From Calcarisporiella thermophila CBS 279.70 (Eukaryota; Fungi; Calcarisporiellomycota), in NCBI RefSeq assembly GCF_041956535.1, contig NW_027192220.1:95485-130216 (forward strand): DNA of 34,732 nt, given 5' to 3'. Position numbers and translations under genes: made by a program. Below, piece by piece: positions 1 through 13,576 of the stretch; within the stretch, counting starts at the first letter, position 1, and each line of letters opens with the position of its first letter. The notes under the pieces were generated by a model. It was not told the origin of the DNA and did no database searches. It saw only the letters and a program-made list of their open reading frames with translations.

Positions 1-644
1 GACATGATTTTATTTTTCTGGTAACTAATTTTATTATATAAGGACAAAGAAAAATCATATATTTTTAAAAAGCAAACTGCTTTTAAAGGAGACTTTTTTC
101 TCATATTCTGTCATATTTCTTTTGGGGTTTCAATATGATACATGCCTATATTACGTCAATTACAGCTAAAGCTTTGCTCCCATTATGTGATGTTACTAAA
201 TCGATGTCTAATGACATTGGGTGAACTTGTGAAAGCTGATTCTTCAGATGAGAGTTTGTGAGGAATCACACAACGCCCAACCTTAAGCATCTCTACCTGT
301 TTAACTGTGATTCCTTTGCCTTATGATCCCAACCTCATCCTTTAAATTATTTAAAATTTATTAGGGGATGAATTCCAAAGAAAATATTTATACATAGTTG
401 AAAATCATATGAAAAATAAGTGTTTAAAAAGAAAATGATATTATATAGGACTATTGAATATTCGATAGTAAAAGAGATCAGAGATTGGTAGAGTAAAGAG
501 GTGAGTTGCCCCGGTAAAACTCATCGTATTGCAGTATAGACTGCTATATGATCCTTGCGCTACAGTTTCTAACGACCACTGTAGTTATGTACGCACCATA
601 AGGAATTTCATACTGTGTGCCAAGTGGTATGTCAAAAGTGGACG

Positions 645-1082
645 TCAAAGTGTAACGGGTCTGGGAGTCACTGTCACTATCTCAACTTCCGGTGATAAAC
701 CCCTCTGTAGTAAACCACACAACTCACAACTATCATCCTCTAATGGAACTCTGAGAGTAGAGGTTTTTGTGAGAGTAACCGTTCTCCAAGTTCTCCAATT
801 TTCAGTTAAGGTAATCGTATTGTTGATCACTGTCACTCTTGGAGCTCCCAAAGGGCAATCGCACGGAGTATATAAACGGGTGCTCATGGTAGAAGTTAAA
901 GTATAAATTTTTCTTGGAAGTTGGAGGTTTGTGGGTGTTGGTGTGAAGGGAATAGCATTATTCCCGGCACATCTTTTTGAGAATTCATTCTGCTTAAATA
1001 TTGATGAGCTTTGCAGAGATAAAGTTTGACATAGGCAACCAATAAAATAAATAGGGATTATGGATGCTTTAAAGCCTTTCAT
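645..1082 (-). CDS. Hypothetical secreted Thr-rich protein (~145 aa from ATG 1082)
   Basis: Single ORF. MKGFKASIIPIYFIGCLCQTLS resembles a signal peptide. Repeated VTVT/TVTLT segments and several Cys. No family recognised. Confidence 0.5.
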   Translation of the reverse strand: MKGFKASIIPIYFIGCLCQTLSLQSSSIFKQNEFSKRCAGNNAIPFTPTPTNLQLPRKIYTLTSTMSTRLYTPCDCPLGAPRVTVINNTITLTENWRTWRTVTLTKTSTLRVPLEDDSCELCGLLQRGLSPEVEIVTVTPRPVTL

Positions 1083-1649
1083 TCTAGTATGATTTAAAGA
1101 AGAGAAAATTATTGTGTTAATACAAAAGAAAACTAGCAATTAGACCCTTGCTTGGGGTGATGTCAATAAAAATCTTCATACAATTTCTGGAAATTTAAAT
1201 TTTTGTTTCAGCAAGCCATCCTATCGTAAATCTAACCCAATTAGGTGATTTAGCAACATCAATATCTCATTAGACCACAGTAATATATGGTATGAAATTC
1301 TATTGAAAAAGAAATGGTTATATAGAGGACAATCGCTAGTTTAATACTCCATTTCAGCTTTCTGCCATCGAAAGGTTTTAGTTTATCTCTGTTAAACATG
1401 ACAGAAATTGTTACTGAAGCTAGTTTGCGTGTTACATTTTTTTCGACAGTGTTCTAATTGATATTTTAAAGGGAGGTTTTGAGTTGCCAAGACTAAAGAG
1501 TGCCAATTTTTGTGACTGAATATCTTGTGCTTACTACCATACTGTTTAAATTTAAAATCAAGAATTTCGACTCTCTTAGGCAGTTAAATAGCATGAAGAG
1601 TTAAAGAGAGAAATAAAACGACAAATATGGAAAAAAAAATCTGATCGTT

Positions 1650-2520
1650 TCAAACCTCTGTAGTGGCCACAGCTTGATATCCAGAAAAGGCTTGGGTCAG
1701 GAAAGGAGATCTTGCTTCCTCTGCATGGTCATTCTGTTCACGCAATTGGCGATGATAATTAATGACTACAAGTGTACAGTACCCCTATACGATATACAGT
1801 ATGATATAAATTCATAAATAGAATATCCTAATATCAATAAAATATCTCGTCTGTTGTAAAGGACCAGAAATCTAACCCCAGTAACTAGTGTAAATATAAA
1901 AAGAAACCCGAGTATGAATGGGAAGAATTTGACCATGTCTAGACAATATGGATCCGGTAATTTTTCTGGGTGGCTTTTATCGTAGCACATGTCCTTGTTG
2001 GGCCATTCTATTTTAACTGGACCTAATCCCAATAGTGTAAGAAGGATGTTAGTTGCCGCAAAGAGTAGACCGATTTGGTTGTAGATGGAAAATATAAGCA
2101 CATAAAAGATATGTTGCTATAAGAAAAGAAATTTCATTAGAAATGATATAGAAGCGAAATAACCATTGTTAACAAGACTACAATGATTCCGGATATATTC
2201 CGTCAAATTAAAATCATCATTCGAGATCAATGATAAATGGAAATTTATGACACCATTACATGGCACCTGCATTCCATTTCAGTATGCTATGCTATTTATC
2301 TTCCCCCTGTGCTTACCTTAATAGCTCCAACTAGCCCAAACAAAGAGGCAATAGTGCTAATGAACCACTGTATAATGGTATATACAGTCATTCCTGACCC
2401 GTTGGAATGTTCAAAAATCAATATGGCGACATTTGCAATGAGGAGATAGAACGACAGCAATAATGTTCCTGCCCGCAATGAAAAGCAAAAACAACACCTT
2501 TTTAGCTTGGGTATAACCAT
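1650..2520 (-). CDS. Small four-TM membrane protein (CCFCFSLRAG N-terminus, LAPTM-like topology), 3 exons
   Basis: Exon 1 2520-2317 (donor GTAAGC). Exon 2 from 2116 (QHIFYVLIFS...) to ~1877. Exon 3 ~1784-1650 (GYCTLVVINYHRQLREQ...ATTEV*). Splicing joins the two track ORFs and adds a C-terminal exon. Confidence 0.7.
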
Positions 2521-4068
2521 TGTTTATAAGAAGAACATGGAAAAAATCGCATTAAAAATCTATTCAACGCATTCTATTTTTATTATAGAATGAGGAGAGC
2601 AAATACGTTTGGGCTGCTTTGCTACAAAAGTTTAAATAAGGTGTCGCCAATTAGGATGCAGAGCAGTGCTAATATCCATTTCACTTATGCAATTTCTTGC
2701 TCAACGTTTTTGGGCATATGATAACACATATTTGTGGCTTATTCAATTCACCTTGTTCCAGAGTAGTCACTCTAAAAATTTCCTGTATTTGGAAGATAAG
2801 CAAATATCCTCTAGCTATGTTTACGTTCTTGCCTAACACTTTTTAAAATACATTAAAATGTATTCGAATTCTAAATATTATCTTAATTTTATAGGACTTT
2901 AAAATAAATTCACCCACCATCAAGAAGTTAAAAAGGTGCCACGGGTGCAATGTTTATAGTGTTAACATTTGGTAAGAAATTCCACTTAAAAGTCCCCTAT
3001 AGCTTACAATCTTAAAACACCCCTCTACCGTTTTTCGAAACGCAGAAGCTAGAAAAAAAAAAGAATATAGACTGTGTTGGAAGCAGCCAAATACATTGTG
3101 GTTTAGGACGTATACCCCCATTATATAATCAAATCATATTAAATCCCAATATACATTTATATAAAATTCTCGTTTATTATAATATTCATTTCCACTACAA
3201 ATAATTAACGTATCCAAAATTTCCAACGCAGTTCGGAGAGAGATTATTCCGCCGTGCAAATGGGAGGTGGCTTTCGATTATCAAAGTTACATTGAACACT
3301 TTCAGTATATTTCATAAAAATATAGCGTGTTATAGCACGAATATCATATATATAGAATTGAAAATAGAAGATAGAGGTTTAATATTTTCTTGTAGCCAGT
3401 TATATTAGAGATCTATTATTGATTTTTCAGACCACCTCGTAAATGTCGGAGCTATGACGGTCCCAATATTTGGGCATGGAATTCTAATGTATAGTGGAAT
3501 ATATATCTCATTTTGTGCATTATTTCGCCAGAGAAAATGGTTAAATAGTAGAATTCAATTATCTGATTCTTTAAGTTTGAAGATAATTTACAAATAGCGA
3601 AATGTTACAAAATAGAGTGATACAGATAATCATATATCTTGAGGGTAGACTTGGTTATAAAACTATTTTCCAAAGGTCGTGCTATCATAATGAAAGTTTA
3701 CGTGTAATCTAAAAAAGAACCAACTAAGCTAACTTTTGAGAGATTAATTTGAATCATTTTGTTTGCCACAATACAAAAGCTATTACGGGAGTTCCATTAT
3801 ACGAGCCCCGGTTGATAGATTTTTGTAGAAAAATCTATTCAAAAATACCTTTACGAACTTTCTTGGCAAGTTAAGCTGTTTACACGCACAACTTATGAAA
3901 TTGCCGAGTCTTTTGGTATCGTTTTTCGTAATAGATAAGGAGGGTTTCACATATTTCTATACCATATAGAACCAATTAGAATATAGTATTCAAGTTAAAG
4001 TGGCGAAGAGAAAATCTCCCGTGAACTCCTTAAGCTCGACAAAAATGAGGTAGAGCCATTCAATACAA

Positions 4069-5841
4069 ATGTCCAGCCGATACGCCCCCCTCCTTTCTAT
4101 ATCCGAGCAAACCCCTGTGAGAAAATCTACTAATTATGCTGCACTCTTTGCTGCCTTTGCGCTTTCACTAGGATCTCATTACGCAGCCCATACATTGAGT
4201 GCCCTCAAGTCCGATCTGAAAACGAATTTGAATATCAGGTAGATTGAGCCCAGACCATTTGTCAGCTCTCCAAACTAGCACAGATTAGTTATATTTCATT
4301 CTTTTTTTTTGTTTCTATTCAAGCAATGCACAATATGGAGTGATCCAATCCTCAGTATCTCTTACCAACACACTACTCCCTACTCTTGGTGGACTTTTTA
4401 TCGATAGTTTAGGTGCACCTCTTGGCGCATCCTTAGCAACTCTCCTCGTCGCAATTGGAAACATATTCGTAGCTGTGGGTGTTCAATTTAGTAGTGTTGG
4501 CATCCTAGTGTTTGGAAGGGTAGTGTATGGATTGGGTAGCGGAACAGTGGTCATTTGCCAGGAAACAATAATAAGCAGAGAGATTGGGCGAAAACGACTG
4601 GCATTTGTATTGGGAATATTGTTCAGCTTTACTAGGATTGTAAGTCGAACCATTTTCAACGATTGAGTGATTCTCTGTATCTAAATCTAAATACTTGACT
4701 GGTAGGCCTCTTTCATGTCCAATATCACTGTTGTTCCCATCAAAAACGCAGCCGGATCTTTCGAGTTCCCGTTTTGGGTAATGCTCCCTGTTTATCAAAA
4801 ACATTCCCCCTTAGTACGAGCGCTTACATGTTTCTCTTTACTTTCCAGTTCTCTGCCATGTTTTGTGTAGCATGCTTCTTGATATCCCTTGTATATCTCT
4901 TCTCTAATAATTCCATTCAGCACGGAGCGATAGATCCTGCACACATCAGCGATGCGAACTCTGAAATTGAATTCAGTGAACCACATAATAAACCTCCTCG
5001 TTTCAACATCCATGCCCTTCTTCACTTACCCTACGCATACTGGGTTCTCATCACGATTCAGCTAGTGATGGCTGGCTTATGGTCTTCTTTTTTGCACGTG
5101 AGCACCGAGCTTGTTCAGTTACGCTACGGTGAGTCTCAAGAAATTGCGGCTTATAATGCGGGGGTGGGGCAAGCCGTACCCATAATATTATCGCCTTTTC
5201 TCGGAGCATTTATTGATCGATTTGGTCTCAGAATCACTCTAGGTAATTAAGGAGATATAAAGCATACTCCACTTCCTTCAATAATATATCTTATTTTATC
5301 TGCAGTGATTTTGGCCTCTTTTACCCTATGTCTATCGCAACTTTCGCTACTATATTTATCTTTTCCACTCATCTCCATGTTCCTCTTCTCCATCTCGCTT
5401 TCGTTCGGACCAGTCGGACTTGCTACCTCAATCCCCCTGCTCTTATCCCTAGATCTCGTGGGAACCGCCTATGGTGTGTTTAAAGCGGCGGAAAATGTTG
5501 GAGCAACCCTTTTTGATATCCTAATTGGCGTAGTGCAGGATGGAACCCCAGATGGAGGTTATTCTAGAGTCATTGGGGGCTTTCTAGTTGCCGCAATAGC
5601 AGCCATCTTGTTGGCATTGACGCTTTGGATGCTCGATCGTGCTAGAGGAGGTACCTTAGAATCTAATGGTCAATCTCTTGCGAGCCAAAGAAACCTTCGG
5701 GAGGAAGCAGAAGATGGCCCTTATGATCAAGAATATAAAGTCCAAGATAACTGGCTGTGCGCTTTTTTGTTTGCCATTGTTATGGTTCTTAGTTGGATCT
5801 TATACTTCTGGTTTGTAATACATAGCATTTTTAGCCACTAG
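4069..5841 (+). CDS. Major facilitator superfamily transporter, MFSD1-like, 5 exons
   Basis: ATG 4069 (MSSRYAPLL...SLGSHYAAHTLSALK). GT-AG introns near 4239-4323, 4640-4706, 4778-4848 and 5243-5305. MFS motifs GGLFIDSLG, GRVVYGLG and GAFIDRFG; many TM helices. Confidence 0.88.
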
Positions 5842-6057
5842 AACGCTACTCTTTTTGAAACTTTATGCCAATTAATTATCAGGAGTGGGGGGATCCTCTA
5901 TTATTGACGCTAAATCTATGTATTAGGCGTATTCAGTTGTATTATAATTTTCGTGTATATTTACAGTATGCCTTTATTGAATAAAAAAAAATTAAATACT
6001 GGTATATTCTTAATATACACTAATTGTTTCTAGTCATTCCATAGGGTAATAGCTGCT

Positions 6058-7376
6058 CTATCCACCATCTAATACATGGTCGATGACTCCTGCTCCTAAA
6101 CATTCCTCACCTCTCCAAACCACCACCATTTGGCCTGGTGTAATTCCCCGGACCTCTCTTTCAAACCTTACTTCGTACCTGTCAGCAGAAGTATCTCTCC
6201 GGCGTATCACCCGTGCTCTCTCTGCGTTCTGCCGATATCGCACTTGTGCCTCCACTATCATCTCATCTCCATCTCTATCAAGCTCACTTGGAGGTGATCC
6301 AATCCAGTTCCAATCCCCCGCAACAAGTGCCTTTGAGAAAAGTAGCGGATGGTTCCTAGTAAATTCAACAATAAATGTTAGTAAGAGGGAAAAAAATCTA
6401 AGCAGGATAAAATGTAGTTTAGCATACGTTCCAGGAACCACAACGAGAGTATTAGTGCTCATGTCTTTACGCCATACAACCCACTTTGAAGACCCGTGAC
6501 AAAATCGGGATGCCTGCCCGATGGTATAATGAAAGAGTCCTTTGTGTTCTCCAATAAGAAGGCCTTCATGAGTTTTGACAGGACCTGGGTTTTGCGGAAT
6601 ATATTCGGCTAAGGAAATAGAATAATCCTCGGTTATATTCCTTGTACCATATAGATCAATTAGGCTGCTATACCTATAAAGTCTCCAAACTTCCTTTTGT
6701 TTCCTACAAAGCATATTCCCATGCTCTCTCGCTTACCCGCTGTTGCCAGCCCCAATTTACGGGCCAATGCTTTCACATCGGCTTTATTCATTTCGCCAAT
6801 GGGAAATATGGCACGGGAGAGTTGTGGTGCGGGTACGGTGGAGAGAAAGTAAGTCTGATCTTTGTTTCTATCACTTCCTCGTAACAGACGAACCCCCTGC
6901 CCACTTCGATCTAACCTAGCATAATGTCCTAGATACGTTCCAAAATTAGATGCCTATTTCAAGCATTTATGTAAAAAAAATCCTAGTTCTCACTGTCTTA
7001 TACCTGTTGCTATCCACGCTCCATCACCGAGAATACGTTCCATCAATACGCCAAATTTGATTTCTCGATTACATGCAACATCAGGGTTGGGTGTCCTACC
7101 TGCTTCAAACTCCTCTAATGCTTTTGCAAATACTTTTATCCAATATTCTCGTGAAAAGTCCACTAATCTCCACTTGATTCCCAGCTGTTCACATACACGC
7201 GCAACATCTTGTTGGTCCTCAAGAGATGGACAAGGTGAAGAATCTTCGTCCCGTGAATCCCAGTTACGCATGTAAACACCCTCTACATCATAGCCTTTCT
7301 GTTGAAGAAGATAAGCGCTGACACTTGAGTCAACTCCACCCGACATTCCGAGTATAACTGTAGATTTTGCCACCAT
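6058..7376 (-). CDS. SLM3: Mitochondrial tRNA-specific 2-thiouridylase (MnmA/Slm3/TRMU), spliced
   Basis: PP-loop [30 protein letters not shown]|HYA across an intron, [25 protein letters not shown]...CLGAG. Confidence 0.95.
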
Positions 7377-7620
7377 TTATTTTTTTTAAAAAATTAGAAC
7401 TATTCAACTATTAATATCCCGGAGCTAATCACCTTTATCGCCAGGTTTGGGAAAAAGCGAAGTAGTGGAATAGGATTTATGTAGGCAAAATACATGGTTT
7501 AATTTCTTAATTTTATAGACTATTCTCCATGTCATTTCTCCCAATTTCGAGTAAATAACACAATATCCAGGCAATCCAGTGTTTATTGAAGCACATAAAT
7601 TAACAGTCACAAATTTACAA

Positions 7621-9647
7621 TCAATAGTCTTCATCTTCATCTCCTTCGTCAAATATCTCGTACTCCTCCACTTCCTCTCCAACAGCTTCTTCTCCATCTG
7701 AATTATTTGCACGTGCATGCTGCCATTTTCTCAGGAAAGTATTCATTCGCGACTCCAGTGCCGATTTTTCTCCACCCTCGCCCTCTTCGTTCTCTTCTCT
7801 ATCATCATCTCTCACTTGTGACTCTCCTTCCCCAGCCCTGTCTTCTTCAATATCCATATCCCCTTCTTCCTCACCCATAGCCACAATTCCTCTTCGACGC
7901 ATTTCCTCACGCCACATCTCCACGACTTCTTCGCATTCTATGTCCAAGCTCATTTGACCCCGCAATAGTCGATGCGCCTTCCAGCTGAAAAGTCTACGAA
8001 TAATTTGCATTGATGTTGGAGGAAAGAACCCGTAGACAGGATGATACTTCACTAATTCCTCGCCACTTTCCTTCCCCTTCTTATCCTTGCTCTCGATTTC
8101 AGCAAAGGGAGCATTAATCAATTTTTGGAGGAATGTATCTGTACAATCACAAAGCTGGAAAGTAGAGTTGTCCTCTGGAAGTGCAGTGCCAGTAAACAAA
8201 TGCGACTGTTCGGGAGGGAGACGAGGAATCTCCATTTCTGAGCCTTCTTCTTGGAAGGATTTATCACCAGCAGATGCTGTTGATTCCCCGCGGGTAAGAG
8301 AATTAGGATTGCGAAAAAGACGCTGCGCACGTTTATAAGGCTTCATGACCCTAATATTGCGCAAGTCAACTGTTTGATATCTAAAGGTTGATTAGAAATT
8401 TCAGAAGCATAAGTGTGTGCAAATGGAAACGCTTTTGAATTCAGACTCACATCCGGAAGCGACTGTCTGTCCGCGGATCCACCCCAAACTTCACCCATGT
8501 CCCTCTCCATGGACCGGTGCTAAACACATAAGCAAGGAATGGGAGCGCCTTTTTCAATTTGTGCTGTTCTTCAGGCGGAAGCTGATTCCTCAGGGCGATC
8601 TTGGTCCAAATCTCGCGCTTATTGAATAACTATATAAAATTGTATAAATTTAGTAAAAAGCCAACCCTAGCTAGTGATCCTGTATTACTTCGGCAATTTT
8701 ATTCAAGTATTCTTCATCTATCACCAATGCTCTATTTTTCTGTGTCTCTGGGTGAGGTGCAGTGGGCACTTCTTCTGCCATCCCGCCGACTCGTATGATA
8801 GGCAAGACGACTCGTCTAACGCGGGACAATAACTTCACATTTTGCTATATATGCAAAGATAGGTAAAAGATAAACGAGAGAGCTTAACATAAAGCTATTT
8901 TTACCTCTCCTTCATGACCCTTTTCTATTACTGGAACAAGATTTGGATTCTGCTTATAATTATATTGAATCGGAAGCTCGATACGCGTAAATAAAGGAGG
9001 AAGTAAGCTCCGGCTATCGCCCTCGGGCCCCAGTTTGAAGTCATATGATAAGATGGCGTTGACTAATAGGAGACGGAACGGATAGAATTCATGTTAATAA
9101 TCTGGGAATTAATTTATGATACGAAAAACTCGATAGATTACTATCTGCATTTTCGATATCTCTTCGAAGTTTTGCGACCGGATCGTCCGCATCGGGTATA
9201 TACTGGTAATCCGCTAGGGCTATATCAACATTCACAATATACAATAATCTTTCCATGTATTCAGAAAAAAGTGTGCATGAATTTCATTTTACCTCTAAAT
9301 CGACAAGTACGCGTCACTAATCCCACTATTTCTGCTTTTATTTCCCCTCTATCTCCTTCTATTAACTTTCCCTCTTTTTTTTTTCTTCTCCGCGTAACTT
9401 TCATCAATAAATTGGCAGTGGGAACCACATCGCCGTGTATGGGGTGGCTAAATGGATCCTTAGGGCGGTATCGTAGCTCGAGCGAATCATAACCACTTGC
9501 AACGCGCGAGAGAGATTTCAAACCACCAAGCGTAGTGAGTACCTTATTTAGATTGCGCACATAACCAGGATACTCGATGGATATGAGTTCGAGTTTTGGA
9601 AGTGGAATGCGCTCTGCTTTTTCATAATCTGTGTGGAGCGTAGCCAT
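7621..9647 (-). CDS. TFC1: RNA polymerase III transcription factor TFIIIC subunit (Tfc1/tau95/GTF3C5), multi-exon
   Basis: N-terminal SIEYPGYV..L.TLGG, LELRYRPKDPFSHPI, NLLMKV, CRFR..ADYQ. The C-terminal exon has FQLCD and an acidic tail (EEYEIFDEGDEDEDY). Internal exon boundaries were not all resolved. Confidence 0.88.
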
Positions 9648-9812
9648 ATTCGCGTTACCAATTATAATCTATCAGCGGAATAAATTTCATAAAATAGGTG
9701 AAATGCAGTCACAAACTATAACTACGTCATAAGATTTGTACAGGAATAAACATATTCTCTACTTTGGATCAGAACTGTTTTCGAGAGTCCAAATCTTCAG
9801 AATCCATAAAGT

Positions 9813-10004
9813 ATGCCCGCCAAACGCCAGCCTCAACGTTTTGAACTTGAATCCAAATCTCCAGCTCCCGCTACTGGCTTTTTTGGCTCATTGAAGGAAG
9901 AGCTCCTTAATCCCGGAAATATGTCAGTTGTGATCGCAGTGACAGCATTCGCAGGTGCAGTACTCTTCACACGCAATTTCGGAGACATGATCAACGTGTA
10001 CTAA
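9813..10004 (+). CDS. TOM6: Mitochondrial import receptor subunit Tom6-like (63 aa)
   Basis: Short hydrophilic N-terminus, then NMSVVIAVTAFAGAVLFTRNFGDMI. This matches my recollection of the Tom6 tail-anchor pattern (SVV....F...V.F). Divergent from TFC1 across 165 bp. Confidence 0.65.
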   Translation: MPAKRQPQRFELESKSPAPATGFFGSLKEELLNPGNMSVVIAVTAFAGAVLFTRNFGDMINVY

Positions 10005-10741
10005 TTGCACAATCCAACTGGAATTCTTGCGAAACTGGAGCCGATTATTTGCTGTGCTTTTTTTTCTTTTTCATACTGGTTGGTTCTTTTTTGGTTTTTT
10101 TTTCTATGACTTTACTTCTATATATTGTATGTGATCTCGCTTCTGCCTCCTTTCCCACCCCTGTTTTCTTCTTCTGTTTGATATAATAGAATTAAAAAAG
10201 TCTCTCTTTTTGTTTTTATAATAAAAGCAAGAGAACTAGTATCCGGACTACCATATTTAATCACTACCCAGAGTTTAATTACCAATAGTACAAGTTTTAG
10301 CTTTCTCCCAAGGTTCAGGGAAGTCGAACTGCATTTAACTTGCTCTAGAGCCCAACGCCTTAGAACGACAATAGTTATGTTAGAAACGATTATCCAACGG
10401 ACAATTATTGCTGTAAATATATTTATCTGCGATTTTATAGGGTACTGTAGTCAGTGTACATTTAACCTATAGAATTGCGATAGAGAGTAATAATCTGTGT
10501 ATTTTTTAAGATACAAATGTGCTTTTTTTTTTGGTATATTCAGGCACCTCAACTGTGATTTTTTAACAAAAGGTCATTAGAATTTAGGAATCGATCCCTT
10601 AAGTGGCTTAGAAGGGAGGGTGTGTGGATCACCATGATTGGCGCTTATTTTCTCCTCTTTTTTTTTTACATCAACTAATAAACCATTTTAGTTTCCTTGT
10701 CATCGATATCATTGTCTTCTCAATATAGAGGAAATTAAGAG

Positions 10742-11618
10742 ATGAATCTCGACACAAGTAAGGCACCCAAAGAGGTGAAGAACGCCGCCAATTACTTGCG
10801 ATCGGATAAGTCTGGTCTTAAGATCCGTCAAGGGGTTTTGAATGGAAAACGTGTAGAGTATTTTAAAGGTAAATTCTAGCAATCCTGCTTGCTGTTCCTT
10901 TTACTTCCACTCCACTTACTAACGGATCTGGCTATTCTCCATCTTAATTTGGGCTATAGGCAAAGGTTTGGTCAACGCACTTCTTCGCGAGAATTATGCC
11001 AAACACACACCCAAAACGCAACCTCCTCTTACCACACGTGAAGAAGCACAGCAATTTGCACAACAGCTGCTTTTGAATGGCTTCTTCCTGCGTATTGATC
11101 GTGGCGGCACGGTCACGACCGGCGTGCGACAAGTAAGCATCGCACAAGAGCAAATGATGAGCGAAGATATGTATTATGTCTGGCTATATGAGGGCAGCCA
11201 GCTCTTCACATATCTCGCAAGCTTAGGCCTGCTCGCTGCTGTGCTTGCCGCCGTCTTGTTCCCACTGTGGCCTTCGCCTATTCGTGTTGGCGTGTGGTAT
11301 ATCTCTATCGGCATGCTCTTCTTAATTGGCTTGTTCTTCGTGATTGCCATTATCCGTCTAATTCTTTACATTATCACCCTAATTGTGGCTCCTCCGGGGA
11401 TTTGGATCTTCCCCAACCTTTTCGAGGATGTTGGCATTATCGAAAGCTTTATTCCACTGTGGGCTTGGGACGAACCAAAGAAAAAGAAGGAGAAGGGCGG
11501 TAAGAAGGCTGGTGCTAGCTCAAGTGCTGAAGGAGAAGGTGAAGGGACAGGGGGTGCAAGAGAAGGAGAGGGCGAGGCTGCGAGCGAGAAACATGAAGGA
11601 GAGAAGAAGGATGAATGA
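10742..11618 (+). CDS. SEC62: ER translocation protein Sec62, 2 exons (intron 10869-10959)
   Basis: GVLNGKRVEYFKGK, YYVWLYEG, LFPLWP, two TM helices, PPGIWIFPNLFEDVGIIESFIPLW. Confidence 0.95.
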
Positions 11619-11884
11619 AGAAAAAAAACCACCAGAAAATAGAAGGGTTGGCAAGGTCAGGCTCGTGGATTGGAGTCGCATGAGGGTGAAATTGCGGTAT
11701 ATTCTTATAGGCTGAGATGTTTTGATGTTTTTTTCTTTTTCTCGCGTAATACTATTATAGTAGAGTTTTTCTTTCATATTTCTTTATTTTAAGGGAATTC
11801 TTATCCAGCATAATTAATAACAAAAAAAAAATTGAATATATACTCAAACTGAAACTAGTTTCGACTGTTCCACTTACAACAATC

Positions 11885-12495
11885 TCAATTCTTGGTGAAT
11901 GCATATCCAATCAACGCCACAGCGCTAATACCCAATACCGTCCGAACTGAGTGCAGCTTGGTCCAGTGCTCAATCAAGACGCTTGCCTCCCGCTCCTTGT
12001 CCACCTTTTCCTTCTTTCCTTTCTCCCCCGAATCACCCTTCTTTTCTAGGTTTGTGATTTGCTTTCCTAAGTCGAGAAGTTTTGCATTGGTAGGCATGAT
12101 ACAAAGAAGTGTGTAGGGAGCATTCAGGGCGATTATTCCTCCAGCATAGAGAAAAGCGCGTGGGGACCCGAGATAAGTGGCAAGAGCCCCTGTTAATGCG
12201 GAGCCTGCGATAAGTTTAATTTGTGTATCTAATAATGTAATAAAACAAAGGCAAAGGATTAGAAGAACGAGTCCCCCTAGCCCAGAAACAGTAACGCACT
12301 TTTTCCCTTCTCGTAATGAACTCCCCAGTGCCGCGTGCTTTCCCCAACTTCCGAACTCGCCTCCTTCAGCCCTGGAATAATAATACAGTTATATGCCAGG
12401 GCTACGCCAGCAAAAAGAGCTGTCGAGGTAATGCAGCCTATTTCAGCTGCTCGACGGACGATGGGGAGAACATCATTAACATTCAATTCGCTCAT
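11885..12495 (-). CDS. DUF1772 / anthrone-oxygenase-like membrane protein, 2 exons
   Basis: IIIPGL...HWGVHYEKG, PYTLLCIMPTNAKLL, LIEHWTKLHSVRTVLG. One intron near 12205-12299. Confidence 0.75.
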
Positions 12496-13294
12496 GGTAG
12501 AATGCTGGGATCCTGAGAAAAATTTGAGGATACGTGGAAAAAAAATTGAGTGGAAATTTTTAATTTTTCACTTTTTTATCTTATCCGCCGAGACTGCGCC
12601 AAGCTCGGAATAACTAAGTAGAAAAAAAAATGTTATTTAGGATGCCTTAACAGGATCCCACATCCGCCAAAATAAACCCGAGAATGCTATGCAAGTGAGG
12701 TCGAAGAGCGATACAGTCGTCATTTCCAGTCCTTTGGACTCTGTTTTTTGGATACAAAAAATTGGCACAAGGTCAAACCGTCTCCAGTGCAGACAAGGGC
12801 ATCACACGTAGCACCAAGTACTATCACTCTATTTAAAATTGGTTTGATGTTTACTAGTGTCAAACCCTGATAAATTAGAATACGAACAAAAAACTGAAAA
12901 CTGGAATTATCCACTGCGAATCAACATCAGCTTAAGGTCTCTCTATCTTGCAATACTCCATGCATATGAAATATTCACTTTAAAGGCTTCAAATTTATAC
13001 AGCTTTGTAGCCTTACTGAACGGCTAGACTGGTAGGTGTAGGTACAAATATCCTGTAGAGAAATCCATCTGTTTTTCAACACCAGCAGACAATGGTGCCT
13101 ATTTTGAAGATTCTACGAAAATACTCTTTCAAGATGATAATTGTTAAGCTTTTGATGTCATAAGAAAGTATAAAAAGTACGCAAACTATTCTTTCTTCTC
13201 TAGAATTTTGACATTTTTTCTCTGTAAAAAAGGGGTTTCTATTCAGAGTCCAAATAAATTAGTCATAGGAGCAATCTATACATGAGGGATGAAA

Positions 13295-13576
13295 TTATTG
13301 ACATGTTTCACAATCGCTCTTCCCGCCTGCTTGCTTCATAGCATTCCTGATACAGAGTGACCAAAAAGGCAAAAAGAGAATAAAATTCGGTTTGTTAACA
13401 TCACCTTCCTCTCAGAAAATTATCCATACAATGTATGTTACAGCTTACTTCTTCTCTTTACATGCTCGCTGAAACTCTTCCCATTCCTTCATGCACTTGC
13501 TTCTATCTCCTCCATTACGAAGCAGGCATTCTTGGAGAGCTTGATGGTCGCAGCTCTCAGCTTTTTTTGGCTCCAT
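13295..13576 (-). CDS. Small Cys-rich CHCH-like protein (~59 aa), 2 exons (intron 13347-13448)
   Basis: MEPKKAESCDHQALQECLLRNGGDRSKCMKEWEEFQRACKEKK. A GTAAGC donor overlaps the apparent stop; a TATCAG acceptor continues NAMKQAGGKSDCETCQ*. Confidence 0.6.

Noticed and set aside
7621-9647. TFIIIC subunit and tRNA thiouridylase genes forming a functional cluster with the tRNA/SINE island
   Set aside because: They lie more than 16 kb away among unrelated housekeeping genes, and Slm3 acts on mitochondrial tRNA. Most likely coincidence.
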